Origin: a virus
Strand: one strand, 5' to 3'
Virus record (IMG/VR): IMGVR_UViG_3300022542_001157
Length of the DNA: 42,619 nt
A program made the position numbers and the translations under genes. Below the pieces are notes generated by a model. It did not search any database. It worked only from the letters and a program-made list of their open reading frames with translations, and had not been told where the DNA came from. Each line of letters opens with the position of its first letter. Positions within the stretch are counted from its first letter, which is position 1. Below are positions 1 through 7,466 of this stretch, piece after piece.

Positions 1-144
1 AGTTCGCGCCTTCCAAGTACGCGCCTCCCAAGTTCGCGCCTTTCAAGTTCGCGCCTCTCAAGTTCGCGCCTCTCAAGTTCGCGCCTTCCAAGTACGCGCC
101 TTCCAAGTACGCGCCTCTCAAGTTCGCGCCTCTCAAGTTCGCGC
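1..144. repeat. 15-nt periodic tandem repeat (units CTYYCAAGTWCGCGC), the DNA-level image of the pentapeptide repeats; nt 1..38 duplicate nt 42582..42619
   Basis: Direct reading: one partial unit plus nine 15-nt units. The first 38 nt are identical to the last 38 nt of the window. Confidence 0.9.
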
Positions 145-214
145 GTTCACCGCCGCCGCCGTGAACCCATTTTTTGTGCTTTTCTAATATTCCCCCAATT
201 TCTATTTGATTCAT
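1..214 (-). CDS. Pentapeptide-repeat protein, N-terminal segment (gene crosses the window junction; C-terminal segment is 42277..42619)
   Basis: ATG at 214..212 preceded by AAAGGAGATTAGAA. Translation [40 protein letters not shown]... shows A(N/Y)L(R/E/G/K)G pentads. The frame joins 42277..42619 only after removing the 38-nt terminal overlap (214+343-38=519 nt, 172 codons plus stop). Confidence 0.8.
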   Translation of the reverse strand, partial: MNQIEIGGILEKHKKWVHGGGGERANLRGANLRGAYLEGAYLEGANLRGANLRGANLKGANLGGAYLEGAN

Positions 215-216
215 TT

Positions 217-540
217 CTAATCTCCTTTTGGGTTGAAATGTGCTTCATGGTAGGATTTTGAGATTTGGTCCCATTTCAAAATCCTGATATACCCTTTCTT
301 CCAGATGGCCAAATGGAAGGCGTATCCAATCAATACCGGGTCCCCGGAAAGTAACAGGAAGTCCTGGTCAGGGTCGAAATCTTGCATCCACTTCTTAATG
401 TCTTGGACAATTTTTACATTCATCAAGCTGGACTTGATTGGTGAAAAATCCTTGTCCGACATAAAAATGATGTCTCCGAATCTCTCAGCATCGAAAAAAC
501 TGATACGCCGGTTTTCTTGGGTTACATAAACTTTGCTCAT
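217..540 (-). CDS. Hypothetical protein, 107 aa
   Basis: ORF with ACGGAGATCAAATG ribosome-binding context. Its last codons (AAA GGA GAT TAG) form the RBS cassette of the downstream pentapeptide gene. Confidence 0.7.
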   Translation of the reverse strand: MSKVYVTQENRRISFFDAERFGDIIFMSDKDFSPIKSSLMNVKIVQDIKKWMQDFDPDQDFLLLSGDPVLIGYAFHLAIWKKGYIRILKWDQISKSYHEAHFNPKGD

Positions 541-585
541 TTGATCTCCGTTTGAGTTATCTCTTTTTCTCGTTGTCTGTTCTAA

Positions 586-2352
586 TTATAGCATGGTCGC
601 CGCCGCCTTGTCAATCCCGATTTCAGCGATTAACTCTGCAACATAATCTGACATCGATTTTTTGTCTTTTATCGCTTGGCGGATCTGCTCTTCCACCGAA
701 TTCTCGATTAAAAGATCAATATAAAGCACCGAATTCTTCTGCCCGATCCGGTGGTTACGGTCCTCAGATTGGATGCGGTCGGTGAATTTGAAACTGTTCG
801 AAAAATAAATCACCAAGTCTGATTCATTTAAGGTCAAGCCCACTGAACCTGTCTGCAGGGTAGCCACAAAGAACCTGGTCCCATCATGGCGTTTGAACCA
901 TTTCATGTTATCTTGGCGTTGGTCCCCGGTCAAGCCCCCGTGGAATTCTGAAACGGTTTCCGGGCCGAAATTCTCTCGCAAAATGTCCGCTACCATCAGG
1001 TTTTCCCGCCGGTACTTGGTCCAAATGATGACTTTTTTCGAATGATCCAATTCTTCCAAAATCCGCAACATTTCCCGGATTTTGGGGTTTGATTTCGGGG
1101 CCATCAGCATCTCCACGTCCGGCGTTTTTTGTCCTTCAACCTTCGTCATAACAAACCCCGACGCGATCTGCTGTAGAAAATTTAAACTGACCAAAATATT
1201 GTCGGCCACGATTTCTATTGGGCCCCCATCCCGAACTTTGGATTTAATAAACGCTATCCTTTCACGGGCCATGGATTTGTAAATCTTGGACTGTTCCTTG
1301 GACATCGCAATCTTGACCGTTTCATAGACTTTATCAGGCAAATCCAGGACATCTTTTTTGAAGGATTGAAACACGAATTTTCCGACGCTCTCGGCCAACT
1401 CCTCAATGTTTTTATATCCGACTTCTTTCTGGTAACTTCCCGCCGAGGTTCGCATTTCCTCCAGCACGGCGTACTGATTGCGGAAAGCATACCAGGAGCC
1501 TATGCCAATGATGTCAGGATCAAGGAACTGAAACTGCGTATAAAGATCCAGGGGAGATTGCGTCAAAGGCGTCCCTGTCATGATGAGTTTCCTTACGGCA
1601 TAATTTCCCAACCAAACCACGTTTTCGGACCGGTTCGCATTATGGGTCTTGATAAAGTGGGATTCATCCACGACTACCAGCACTTTGCCACCAGACACAA
1701 AATCCTCGGCCATGGCGAATGCTTTCCCTTTCTTGTAGCCCTGACTGACTGACTCCACACCCAGGATGGCCACAGGCAATCGCCCCTTTTTGGATGCAGA
1801 CCTCGTGTCCTCCATGAATTTAGCGAAATCGTTCTGCATTTTCTTCGTGGAAGTCGCAATAATCTGGGTCCTGTATTCCAATGGCCCATGGATTTTGATT
1901 TCGTCCACCCAGTTTCCACGAATGGAATAGGGGCAAATGACCAAAACGCGGTCTATCGTGCTTTCCATGTACAACACCGACGCCCAATCAATCCCAATTT
2001 TGGTTTTGCCTGTCCCCATTTCCATAAAAAGGGCGGCGGCGTCTTTGCCGTAAACAAAATCAAGCCCCTCTTTCTGGTGCATCATGGGTGTAGTTTTTGG
2101 TTTATACCAAATCGGAAATTTCAGATTTGAAACCCTGATTTTCCGTGTGTTGTCAATAGCAATTTGGGCCAATGGCATGATCTTTGCATCTTGAACCGTG
2201 CGCACAATCGCCTCAACATTCTTTCGGTATGGCGGAACCACCCATTTCGAGGTCCTTTTATTGAACCTTTTGTTTGGAATTGCATGGAGCTTGGCATTGT
2301 CCCGAAATGAACACTCCAATTGAAAATTTTTCCCATCAAAGTCTATAATCAT
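586..2352 (-). CDS. SNF2/Rad54-family (superfamily 2) helicase
   Basis: 588 aa. Walker A MGTGKTK, motif II VVDESH, motif VI-type DRNHRIGQ. The start abuts the stop of the upstream gene (TGAATG). Confidence 0.9.
   Translation of the reverse strand: MIIDFDGKNFQLECSFRDNAKLHAIPNKRFNKRTSKWVVPPYRKNVEAIVRTVQDAKIMPLAQIAIDNTRKIRVSNLKFPIWYKPKTTPMMHQKEGLDFVYGKDAAALFMEMGTGKTKIGIDWASVLYMESTIDRVLVICPYSIRGNWVDEIKIHGPLEYRTQIIATSTKKMQNDFAKFMEDTRSASKKGRLPVAILGVESVSQGYKKGKAFAMAEDFVSGGKVLVVVDESHFIKTHNANRSENVVWLGNYAVRKLIMTGTPLTQSPLDLYTQFQFLDPDIIGIGSWYAFRNQYAVLEEMRTSAGSYQKEVGYKNIEELAESVGKFVFQSFKKDVLDLPDKVYETVKIAMSKEQSKIYKSMARERIAFIKSKVRDGGPIEIVADNILVSLNFLQQIASGFVMTKVEGQKTPDVEMLMAPKSNPKIREMLRILEELDHSKKVIIWTKYRRENLMVADILRENFGPETVSEFHGGLTGDQRQDNMKWFKRHDGTRFFVATLQTGSVGLTLNESDLVIYFSNSFKFTDRIQSEDRNHRIGQKNSVLYIDLLIENSVEEQIRQAIKDKKSMSDYVAELIAEIGIDKAAATML
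2173..2188 (+). promoter_or_regulatory. sigma54-type -24/-12 motif, antisense inside the SNF2 gene
   Basis: TGGCATGATCTTTGCA matches TGGCAY-N5-TTGCA exactly. Confidence 0.4.
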
Positions 2353-3138
2353 TCAGGACCCCCACTCTAAAGCGAGTTTGATCTTTTCTTCTCCTAATTT
2401 ATCAAGTATTATCTTTGGGACGCTTACAGACATATTTAATCCATTTTTTGCGACAATCTGTATCTCAATGTATCCAATTCTAATATGGGATTTTTCCAAC
2501 CCATCCAACGCAAAAACAAGCTCCTTCCTTGCGTTCTTTCCTGCGGCTGCTTTTTCTGCCTGTTCTTTTGTTGTGAATGATAAACCTTTCGCTCTTATGT
2601 AATAGACTAGATCAAGATTAGCAGTTGACATTAAGATAGGTTTATAATGATTATTAATATGCATTGTAATAGTCCATTCCCCAGTAGGATCATACCCAAT
2701 AGGACACGTTTTTACAGCCTCTTTTTTATTCATGTCCTCAGCGTGGTGGTCGGCAATGTGTTTCCACTTCCAACTTTGGGGATAAGCCGCCAATATACTT
2801 GGCGTTGGGTTCACCAACCTCTTGGGCTCGTGTTTGTCGGTATAATGATTTTTGACCACAACCCAATGGATTTTGGGGGGTTTTTCAATGTCGGAAGCTT
2901 TAAATGTCGTAGGTTCGTCTACTACATTTAAAGTGGGGAGAACACCATGTGTTCTTGAACCCCCATACAATTGCAAAAACTTTTCTTTTTTAATTACTTT
3001 CTCTTTCAATTTTTTGTTTTCCTGCTCCAAAGCCCAGCGCCCCGCAACCACTTTGGATGCCACTTTAGCCACAATAGCATCTTGGTAACTCTGCAGGTCC
3101 TTTCTAAGCTCGTCTGTGTATTCAAATTCTTCGTCCAT
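2353..3138 (-). CDS. Hypothetical protein, 261 aa
   Basis: Long ORF. ATG preceded by the conserved AAAGGAGATTAGAA cassette. Confidence 0.75.
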   Translation of the reverse strand: MDEEFEYTDELRKDLQSYQDAIVAKVASKVVAGRWALEQENKKLKEKVIKKEKFLQLYGGSRTHGVLPTLNVVDEPTTFKASDIEKPPKIHWVVVKNHYTDKHEPKRLVNPTPSILAAYPQSWKWKHIADHHAEDMNKKEAVKTCPIGYDPTGEWTITMHINNHYKPILMSTANLDLVYYIRAKGLSFTTKEQAEKAAAGKNARKELVFALDGLEKSHIRIGYIEIQIVAKNGLNMSVSVPKIILDKLGEEKIKLALEWGS

Positions 3139-3150
3139 TTCTAATCTCCT

Positions 3151-3345
3151 TTAAAATCCACCCAATAATTCTTGCCGAATATAAACCATTGAATTGATCA
3201 ATACCAAAATCATGGCCGCGCCAACTAACGCTTTGTTATGATACCAACGTCTTTTGTAAATACTGCCTTTTCGGTCTGTGACATTCAACATAATAACAAA
3301 AACACTGCAAAATTGGACATACGCCCAAAACTCCTCTATCACCAT
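3151..3345 (-). CDS. Small membrane protein, 64 aa, two predicted TM helices
   Basis: Hydrophobic stretches WAYVQFCSVFVIMLNV and ALVGAAMILVLINSMVYI. Perfect AAAGGAGATTAGAAATG cassette. Confidence 0.65.
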   Translation of the reverse strand: MVIEEFWAYVQFCSVFVIMLNVTDRKGSIYKRRWYHNKALVGAAMILVLINSMVYIRQELLGGF

Positions 3346-3380
3346 TTCTAATCTCCTTTAAAATTGGCCTATGCAAGTAC

Positions 3381-3446
3381 TTATTGGGCGATCACTCCGT
3401 AAAGGGCCACCAAAGCAAAAACTACTAAAACAATGTCAATTTCCAT
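3381..3446 (-). CDS. Micro-ORF, 21-aa hydrophobic peptide MEIDIVLVVFALVALYGVIAQ (below ORF-track cutoff)
   Basis: ATG at 3446 preceded by AAAGGAGATTAGAG, which is embedded in the last codons of the methyltransferase gene. TAA at 3383..3381. Single TM-like segment. Confidence 0.45.
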   Translation of the reverse strand: MEIDIVLVVFALVALYGVIAQ

Positions 3447-4362
3447 CTCTAATCTCCTTTAATCTGTTAAAGATATGCACGATAACGTCAACAGTCCAGC
3501 CGTTCCCGATCGATTTGTACCGTTGTGTGTTACTTACACCAAAAGTATAATCGTCCGGCAGTGTTTGGAGCCGTTCACACTCCAAAGGCGTGAGTTTTCT
3601 CCATTTGTTTGGTGGCAATGTCATTTTTGGTTCATGATGGCCGCCTGTCCCAGCTCTAACTGTGGGGCATTTCCCAAGTTGGCCATATGTCCTCTTATTT
3701 AAATCATAAGTTTTAATATCGGCCTCGCCCGTTAGTGCGCAACCACTAAACACCAATTGGCGTCTGTGCTTCTCAAAGTAACTTTTCAAGTTCCCACCTT
3801 TGAAGTAATTCGCGTCAAGGCAGAACGTCTTGTCTCTATCTACCGCCCCGTCTTCAATAATATCCTTCAACACCAAACCCTTGTCTTTCGGTTGTTCAAT
3901 TCCTTCAATATTGGTCCAATAAAGCCTGTTTCTATACTGGGCACTCACCAAAGCAGAATTGATTTCAATAGATTCAACCCCCAAAAAATCATCAAGTTCT
4001 TTCCTGATCTCCTTTTTCATCCTGACATTTTCAATCAAGAAATATTTCGGTTTTAGATCATGAATTAATTCAATCGCTTTATAAAACAACTGTGATCTCG
4101 GGTCATCCCAATTCAAACGCTTCCCGGCCATAGAAAACCCCTGGCATGGTGGGCCGCCGATAATCATATCAATCTTTGGTAGATTCCATTCTGGGCAATT
4201 CTCGATATCTCCAAGCCTGACAATTTCAGGGTAGTTCTTTTCTGATGTCTGAATCGCCCATTTGTCGATTTCAGAAGCATAGTAATTATCAACTTTAATT
4301 CCTGCGCGCTTAAGTGCCACCAACCCGCAACTTATTCCATCGAACAAACTCAATACGTTCAT
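3436..4362 (-). CDS. DNA (cytosine-5)-methyltransferase
   Basis: 308 aa. Motif I LSLFDGISCG, motif IV GGPPCQGFS, motif VI FLIENV, motif X-like QRYKSIGNGWTV. Confidence 0.92.
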   Translation of the reverse strand: MNVLSLFDGISCGLVALKRAGIKVDNYYASEIDKWAIQTSEKNYPEIVRLGDIENCPEWNLPKIDMIIGGPPCQGFSMAGKRLNWDDPRSQLFYKAIELIHDLKPKYFLIENVRMKKEIRKELDDFLGVESIEINSALVSAQYRNRLYWTNIEGIEQPKDKGLVLKDIIEDGAVDRDKTFCLDANYFKGGNLKSYFEKHRRQLVFSGCALTGEADIKTYDLNKRTYGQLGKCPTVRAGTGGHHEPKMTLPPNKWRKLTPLECERLQTLPDDYTFGVSNTQRYKSIGNGWTVDVIVHIFNRLKEIRDGN

Positions 4363-4376
4363 ATTTCTAATCTCCT

Positions 4377-5933
4377 TTAATAATCGATTTCAGGGTCCTT
4401 GGGCGCAATACCCAGGTCTTCCCCAAATTGTGACCCCTCGATTGGGACTGTCCAAATTTGGATCACGGTGTTGGAACCAATACGGCACCTTTTGTGTCCG
4501 ATCTTCATTTCCTTCAACGCTAACCAAAGATTGGCCCCTTTCATTTCCTCTGATCGGTTTTTTTTCAGGAAGGTCACAAAATCTGCACCCCGGAAGTAAA
4601 TGAAACGCCCCTCGGATTCCGCTTGAACCGTCGGCATTCCAAGCAATAATTGTTGCCGGTCGTCGGTCTTGTCCCCTTTAGAATTCAAATCTGCTTTTTT
4701 CAGAAACTCCACCAACCTGGCCCGGATGACCCCCGCGATACTGGCCTCCTCGGGTGCCGAAATTTTCTCGGCCTTCAACATCAATGCATTGAGTTGCACT
4801 TGCCAGCGCTCGTTTTTCATGGCCGGGATCAGCATCGTCATTTTCTCGGCTACGGCTTCCCGCACCCGCCTGAAATCCATGACCTCGGCGGTCCCCAAGT
4901 AAATTTTGGAATCGTTGACCAATAGCACCCATTTTACAGGGTCGGTTTCGATTTTCTGCAAGCCTTTGAATTCGGGCATTACACCCAAGTCCAATTCAGA
5001 TTTCTCGTCTGGTGTAATACCGTGTTTCTTGGTGATGCAGAGTGCCGAATTACAGAGGGCCTTACAGGGTTCCTCCTGGCATTTATACTTATAATCGCGG
5101 CGGCCAGCCGAGCTTACCACTTTCTTGGCTTCTACGAAATCCAGGGGCGAATCGAAAATTCTGGCGTTAAGATCATATGCCTTGTCCCTCCAGGTTTCCG
5201 GGTGGACTTTTTTCAAATAAATGGTGATGTTGTACAGGGCCAAATTCCGAAGTCCACCCGGCACCCCATTTGCAATCATTTTACTGATACAAGGGGGGGA
5301 CTCGTCGTGGCTATCATCTATAATCTCAATCAACCGGGGTCCTGCAATCCTTTTAGCCGCTACCAGATCCAAGAAATGGCCCAAAAGACTTATCTTCTTG
5401 CCACCGTCCACCCCATAACGGAGTGGTTCGTCTCCTTGCCAATCGAAAAATGGAAGGTTGATAAAATTCCCATTGGCCATTTTACCTTCGTGATCTTTAG
5501 CCAAAACCGCCTGTTTCGGGAAAATTTCAGCCCTAGGGAAACCCAAAGCCCCGGCCCATTTGGTCAATGCCTTGCGAATCAAACTGGCTTTAACGGGTTC
5601 GATCCCAAAGAAATAAACGTGGGCACCACCCGATTTCGATCGACAGACCATCAAAGGCAGATCCAATTCCCGCACCTTGAAATCCAATTCGAAAAGATCG
5701 ATATCGGGCTCGCCGCCCCCATGGGCGTCAATATCAATCGCCCCAAACCAACAAAAACCATCGTCCATGATAGGAACCGCCGCGACTCCAGCAGTCCCTA
5801 TAAAATGGTTTTCGAAGTCTTTCTTGGTAACGGGTTCTAACACCGTATAAGTGTTGTTTTCAACTTTGTTTGGAATAAAGCGGCCAAAATTCCGGTCGTT
5901 CCCCTTGAATAATGCCATGAACCGCTCTATCAT
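4377..5933 (-). CDS. Archaeo-eukaryotic-primase-superfamily primase-polymerase (PrimPol-like)
   Basis: AIDIDAHGG (DxD) and SKSGGAHVYFF (sGGxH) motifs. Preferred start is ATG 5933 behind GGAGGAAAGCAA. The ORF track extends to a TTG at 5972 with poor RBS spacing. Confidence 0.8.
   Translation of the reverse strand: MIERFMALFKGNDRNFGRFIPNKVENNTYTVLEPVTKKDFENHFIGTAGVAAVPIMDDGFCWFGAIDIDAHGGGEPDIDLFELDFKVRELDLPLMVCRSKSGGAHVYFFGIEPVKASLIRKALTKWAGALGFPRAEIFPKQAVLAKDHEGKMANGNFINLPFFDWQGDEPLRYGVDGGKKISLLGHFLDLVAAKRIAGPRLIEIIDDSHDESPPCISKMIANGVPGGLRNLALYNITIYLKKVHPETWRDKAYDLNARIFDSPLDFVEAKKVVSSAGRRDYKYKCQEEPCKALCNSALCITKKHGITPDEKSELDLGVMPEFKGLQKIETDPVKWVLLVNDSKIYLGTAEVMDFRRVREAVAEKMTMLIPAMKNERWQVQLNALMLKAEKISAPEEASIAGVIRARLVEFLKKADLNSKGDKTDDRQQLLLGMPTVQAESEGRFIYFRGADFVTFLKKNRSEEMKGANLWLALKEMKIGHKRCRIGSNTVIQIWTVPIEGSQFGEDLGIAPKDPEIDY
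5259..5274 (+). promoter_or_regulatory. Weaker sigma54-type motif, antisense inside the primase-polymerase gene
   Basis: CGGCACCCCATTTGCA. GG-N10-GC and TTGCA are kept; the first T is replaced by C. Confidence 0.25.
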
Positions 5934-6006
5934 TTGCTTTCCTCCAACCAACTTTCCAATTTTGGAATCCAATGTCCTTTAATTCGTTTGACACGCATAA
6001 GGGTGA

Positions 6007-6111
6007 TCAATTTGAATTGGCCGTGGCATATTTGATGTGAAGTTGTTTTTCAAGAACATCAGCCGCCACCCGTAATTCTTTTAGTTGTTTCTCGTATTCT
6101 TTAAATTTCAT
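6007..6111 (-). CDS. Possible micro-ORF, 34 aa (MKFKEYEKQLKELRVAADVLEKQLHIKYATANSN)
   Basis: ATG at 6111 lies behind one copy of the 21-nt repeat AAAAACAAAGAGATGAGRAGA. Helix-prone sequence. Only a purine-rich weak RBS. Confidence 0.3.
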   Translation of the reverse strand: MKFKEYEKQLKELRVAADVLEKQLHIKYATANSN

Positions 6112-6138
6112 CGTCTCTTCTCATCTCTTTGTTTTTGG

Positions 6139-6369
6139 TTATAAAGTAGGGTATTTTCCGTGCTCAGCGGCATATTGTGCCCGCCGGACAATATCTTTGT
6201 GTTTTGGCTTCGCGGAGTATTGATATTGCCAGCCTCCAGCGGTTGGAACTTTTGTTCTGGTAAAAAATTTCCTAAAGTTCTCTTCGCGTAAGACGTACGG
6301 AGTAAGGAACCCGTGTCTATTAGCATCCCTGGGATCGGGACGGGAAACCACTGTCGTTTTAGTCTGCAT
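6139..6369 (-). CDS. Hypothetical protein, 76 aa; first gene of the leftward unit
   Basis: ATG behind GAGGAGAAA. Competes with an overlapping 90-aa frame (6108..6380) that has no RBS spacing. Confidence 0.4.
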   Translation of the reverse strand: MQTKTTVVSRPDPRDANRHGFLTPYVLREENFRKFFTRTKVPTAGGWQYQYSAKPKHKDIVRRAQYAAEHGKYPTL

Positions 6370-6397
6370 TTTCTCCTCATCTCTTTGTTTTTAGAAA

Positions 6398-6421
6398 CCC
6401 CCGAATTTTAAGTGACGGGGG
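6398..6421 (-). terminator. GC hairpin followed by UUUCU on the minus strand (terminator/attenuator-like) in the leftward leader
   Basis: CCCCCG (6398..6403) pairs with CGGGGG (6416..6421), 12-nt loop. The minus strand reads CCCCCG-N12-CGGGGGTTTCT, immediately upstream of the 76-aa ORF RBS. Confidence 0.35.
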
Positions 6422-6581
6422 CTCCCACTGTCTGCGCCATAAAAGACACAGGAATTACGAACCTGACATCAACATACTCAACCTATCATTTTACTAATAA
6501 GCAACTGAGTGTTGCGATTCGAAAAGCTTTATCAGATCATGCCTGGGGTCAGTCTGTCAAGCCCGATTTAGTTGGTTATTG

Positions 6582-6597
6582 TGGCACGAGATTTGCA
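6582..6597 (+). promoter_or_regulatory. sigma54-type promoter motif P1 (rightward)
   Basis: TGGCACGAGATTTGCA is an exact match to TGGCACG-N4-TTGCA. Confidence 0.55.
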
Positions 6598-6605
6598 TAC
6601 GGGCA

Positions 6606-6621
6606 AGCAAGAAGCGTGCCA
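6606..6621 (-). promoter_or_regulatory. sigma54-type promoter motif (leftward), face to face with P1
   Basis: The minus strand reads TGGCACGCTTCTTGCT (TTGCW allowed). It is the only minus-strand copy found. Confidence 0.4.
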
Positions 6622-6663
6622 TTAGGTAAAATATTGCTTTGAAACCCCGAGTAAAATTGGTAC

Positions 6664-6693
6664 TTGACAGACTCAAGCCTTCTGTGGTACAAT
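6664..6693 (+). promoter_or_regulatory. sigma70-type promoter (rightward) with extended -10
   Basis: TTGACA, 18-nt spacer, TGgTACAAT. Confidence 0.5.
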
Positions 6694-6773
6694 AAAAAAT
6701 AAGGCCAAAACATGGACCAGCATCCTGGGATGGATGGCTCGGAAAAAGCGTCGTGGGACGGCCTTCCCGGTTT

Positions 6774-6789
6774 TGGCACGAAAATTGCA
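6774..6789 (+). promoter_or_regulatory. sigma54-type promoter motif P2 (rightward)
   Basis: TGGCACGAAAATTGCA, exact consensus. Confidence 0.55.
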
Positions 6790-6829
6790 ACGCGTGGACG
6801 GGGGTTGAAGGGCTGGTAATCTAGAACCG

Positions 6830-6845
6830 TGGCACGATCTTTGCA
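6830..6845 (+). promoter_or_regulatory. sigma54-type promoter motif P3 (rightward), about 235 nt upstream of terS
   Basis: TGGCACGATCTTTGCA, exact consensus. Confidence 0.55.
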
Positions 6846-6970
6846 TGTGGGTTCTCTTTTTTTGTAAGGCTTACGGAGCTGTCAAGCTTGACAATATTAA
6901 GTTAAGAACACTACGAGTATCACACATATTCACAACACAACAAGAACGGGATTCTAGATGTATGAATTCC

Positions 6971-6992
6971 TATCACTACGGTATCACTACGG
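6971..6992 (+). repeat. Tandem direct repeat 2 x TATCACTACGG in the late leader
   Basis: Direct reading. A third partial copy (CACTACG...TATCAC) lies at about 6910..6925. Confidence 0.85.
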
Positions 6993-7079
6993 GTAACACA
7001 GAACAACCTGCGAAGGTCTTACGGGACTTTCCTTCTTAACTGTTCTTTGGGCTTTACAAAAAAAGGAAGGCGGAGTGAA

Positions 7080-7466
7080 ATGGATTTAGGACAATTGATC
7101 GAACCTGAAATTTTGGATTCGGTGCAAGATATGGCCGAATGGGGTGTTGGTGAATTGACCATGGCCGCTAACCTGGGTTATACGGCTTCGCAGTGGGAAG
7201 AGGCCAAGGGAAAATACCCAGATATTTCAGATGCCATAAGGATCGGTTTAAATCGCGGGATTGAAAATGTAACAAGGGCACTTTATGAAGAGGCTATTGA
7301 CCCCAAAGGGAGTGTTGCGGCCAAAAAGGCGTATTTACAAGCAAAAGATCCTGCGAATTGGCGTGAAGTAAAAGCCCTGGAGGTTTCGGGCGAGTTAAAG
7401 GTTGGTGCAATTACTGAGAAAGACGCCGAAGTGGTGAAAGGGGTATTTGATAAATTGACAGGATGA
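7080..7466 (+). CDS. terS: Terminase small subunit (putative)
   Basis: 128 aa from ATG 7080 behind GGAGTGAA. Sits immediately upstream of terL with an ATGA overlap. Small helix-rich protein typical of TerS. Confidence 0.6.
   Translation: MDLGQLIEPEILDSVQDMAEWGVGELTMAANLGYTASQWEEAKGKYPDISDAIRIGLNRGIENVTRALYEEAIDPKGSVAAKKAYLQAKDPANWREVKALEVSGELKVGAITEKDAEVVKGVFDKLTG

Noticed and set aside
1-144. Terminal 15-nt tandem repeats as a CRISPR array, satellite or physical direct terminal repeat
   Set aside because: There are no spacers. The periodicity equals five codons of an in-frame pentapeptide-repeat ORF. The identical 38-nt ends are best explained by circular assembly overlap.
5022-5840. 272-aa plus-strand ORF
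   Set aside because: Antisense to the primase-polymerase gene, which has clear catalytic motifs. No recognisable motifs or RBS.
5934-5972. TTG start for the primase-polymerase
   Set aside because: The RBS-like AAAGGA is only 2 to 3 nt from the TTG. The ATG at 5933 has GGAGGA at ideal spacing.
6108-6380. 90-aa ORF as the first leftward gene
   Set aside because: Its ATG lies inside the repeated 21-mer with no spacer after the purine run. The overlapping 76-aa frame has a GAGGAG RBS. Both remain low confidence.
6712-6816. 34-aa plus-strand ORF downstream of the sigma70 promoter in the control region
   Set aside because: Only a weak AAGG upstream. It overlaps sigma54-type motif P2. There is no supporting feature beyond the open frame.
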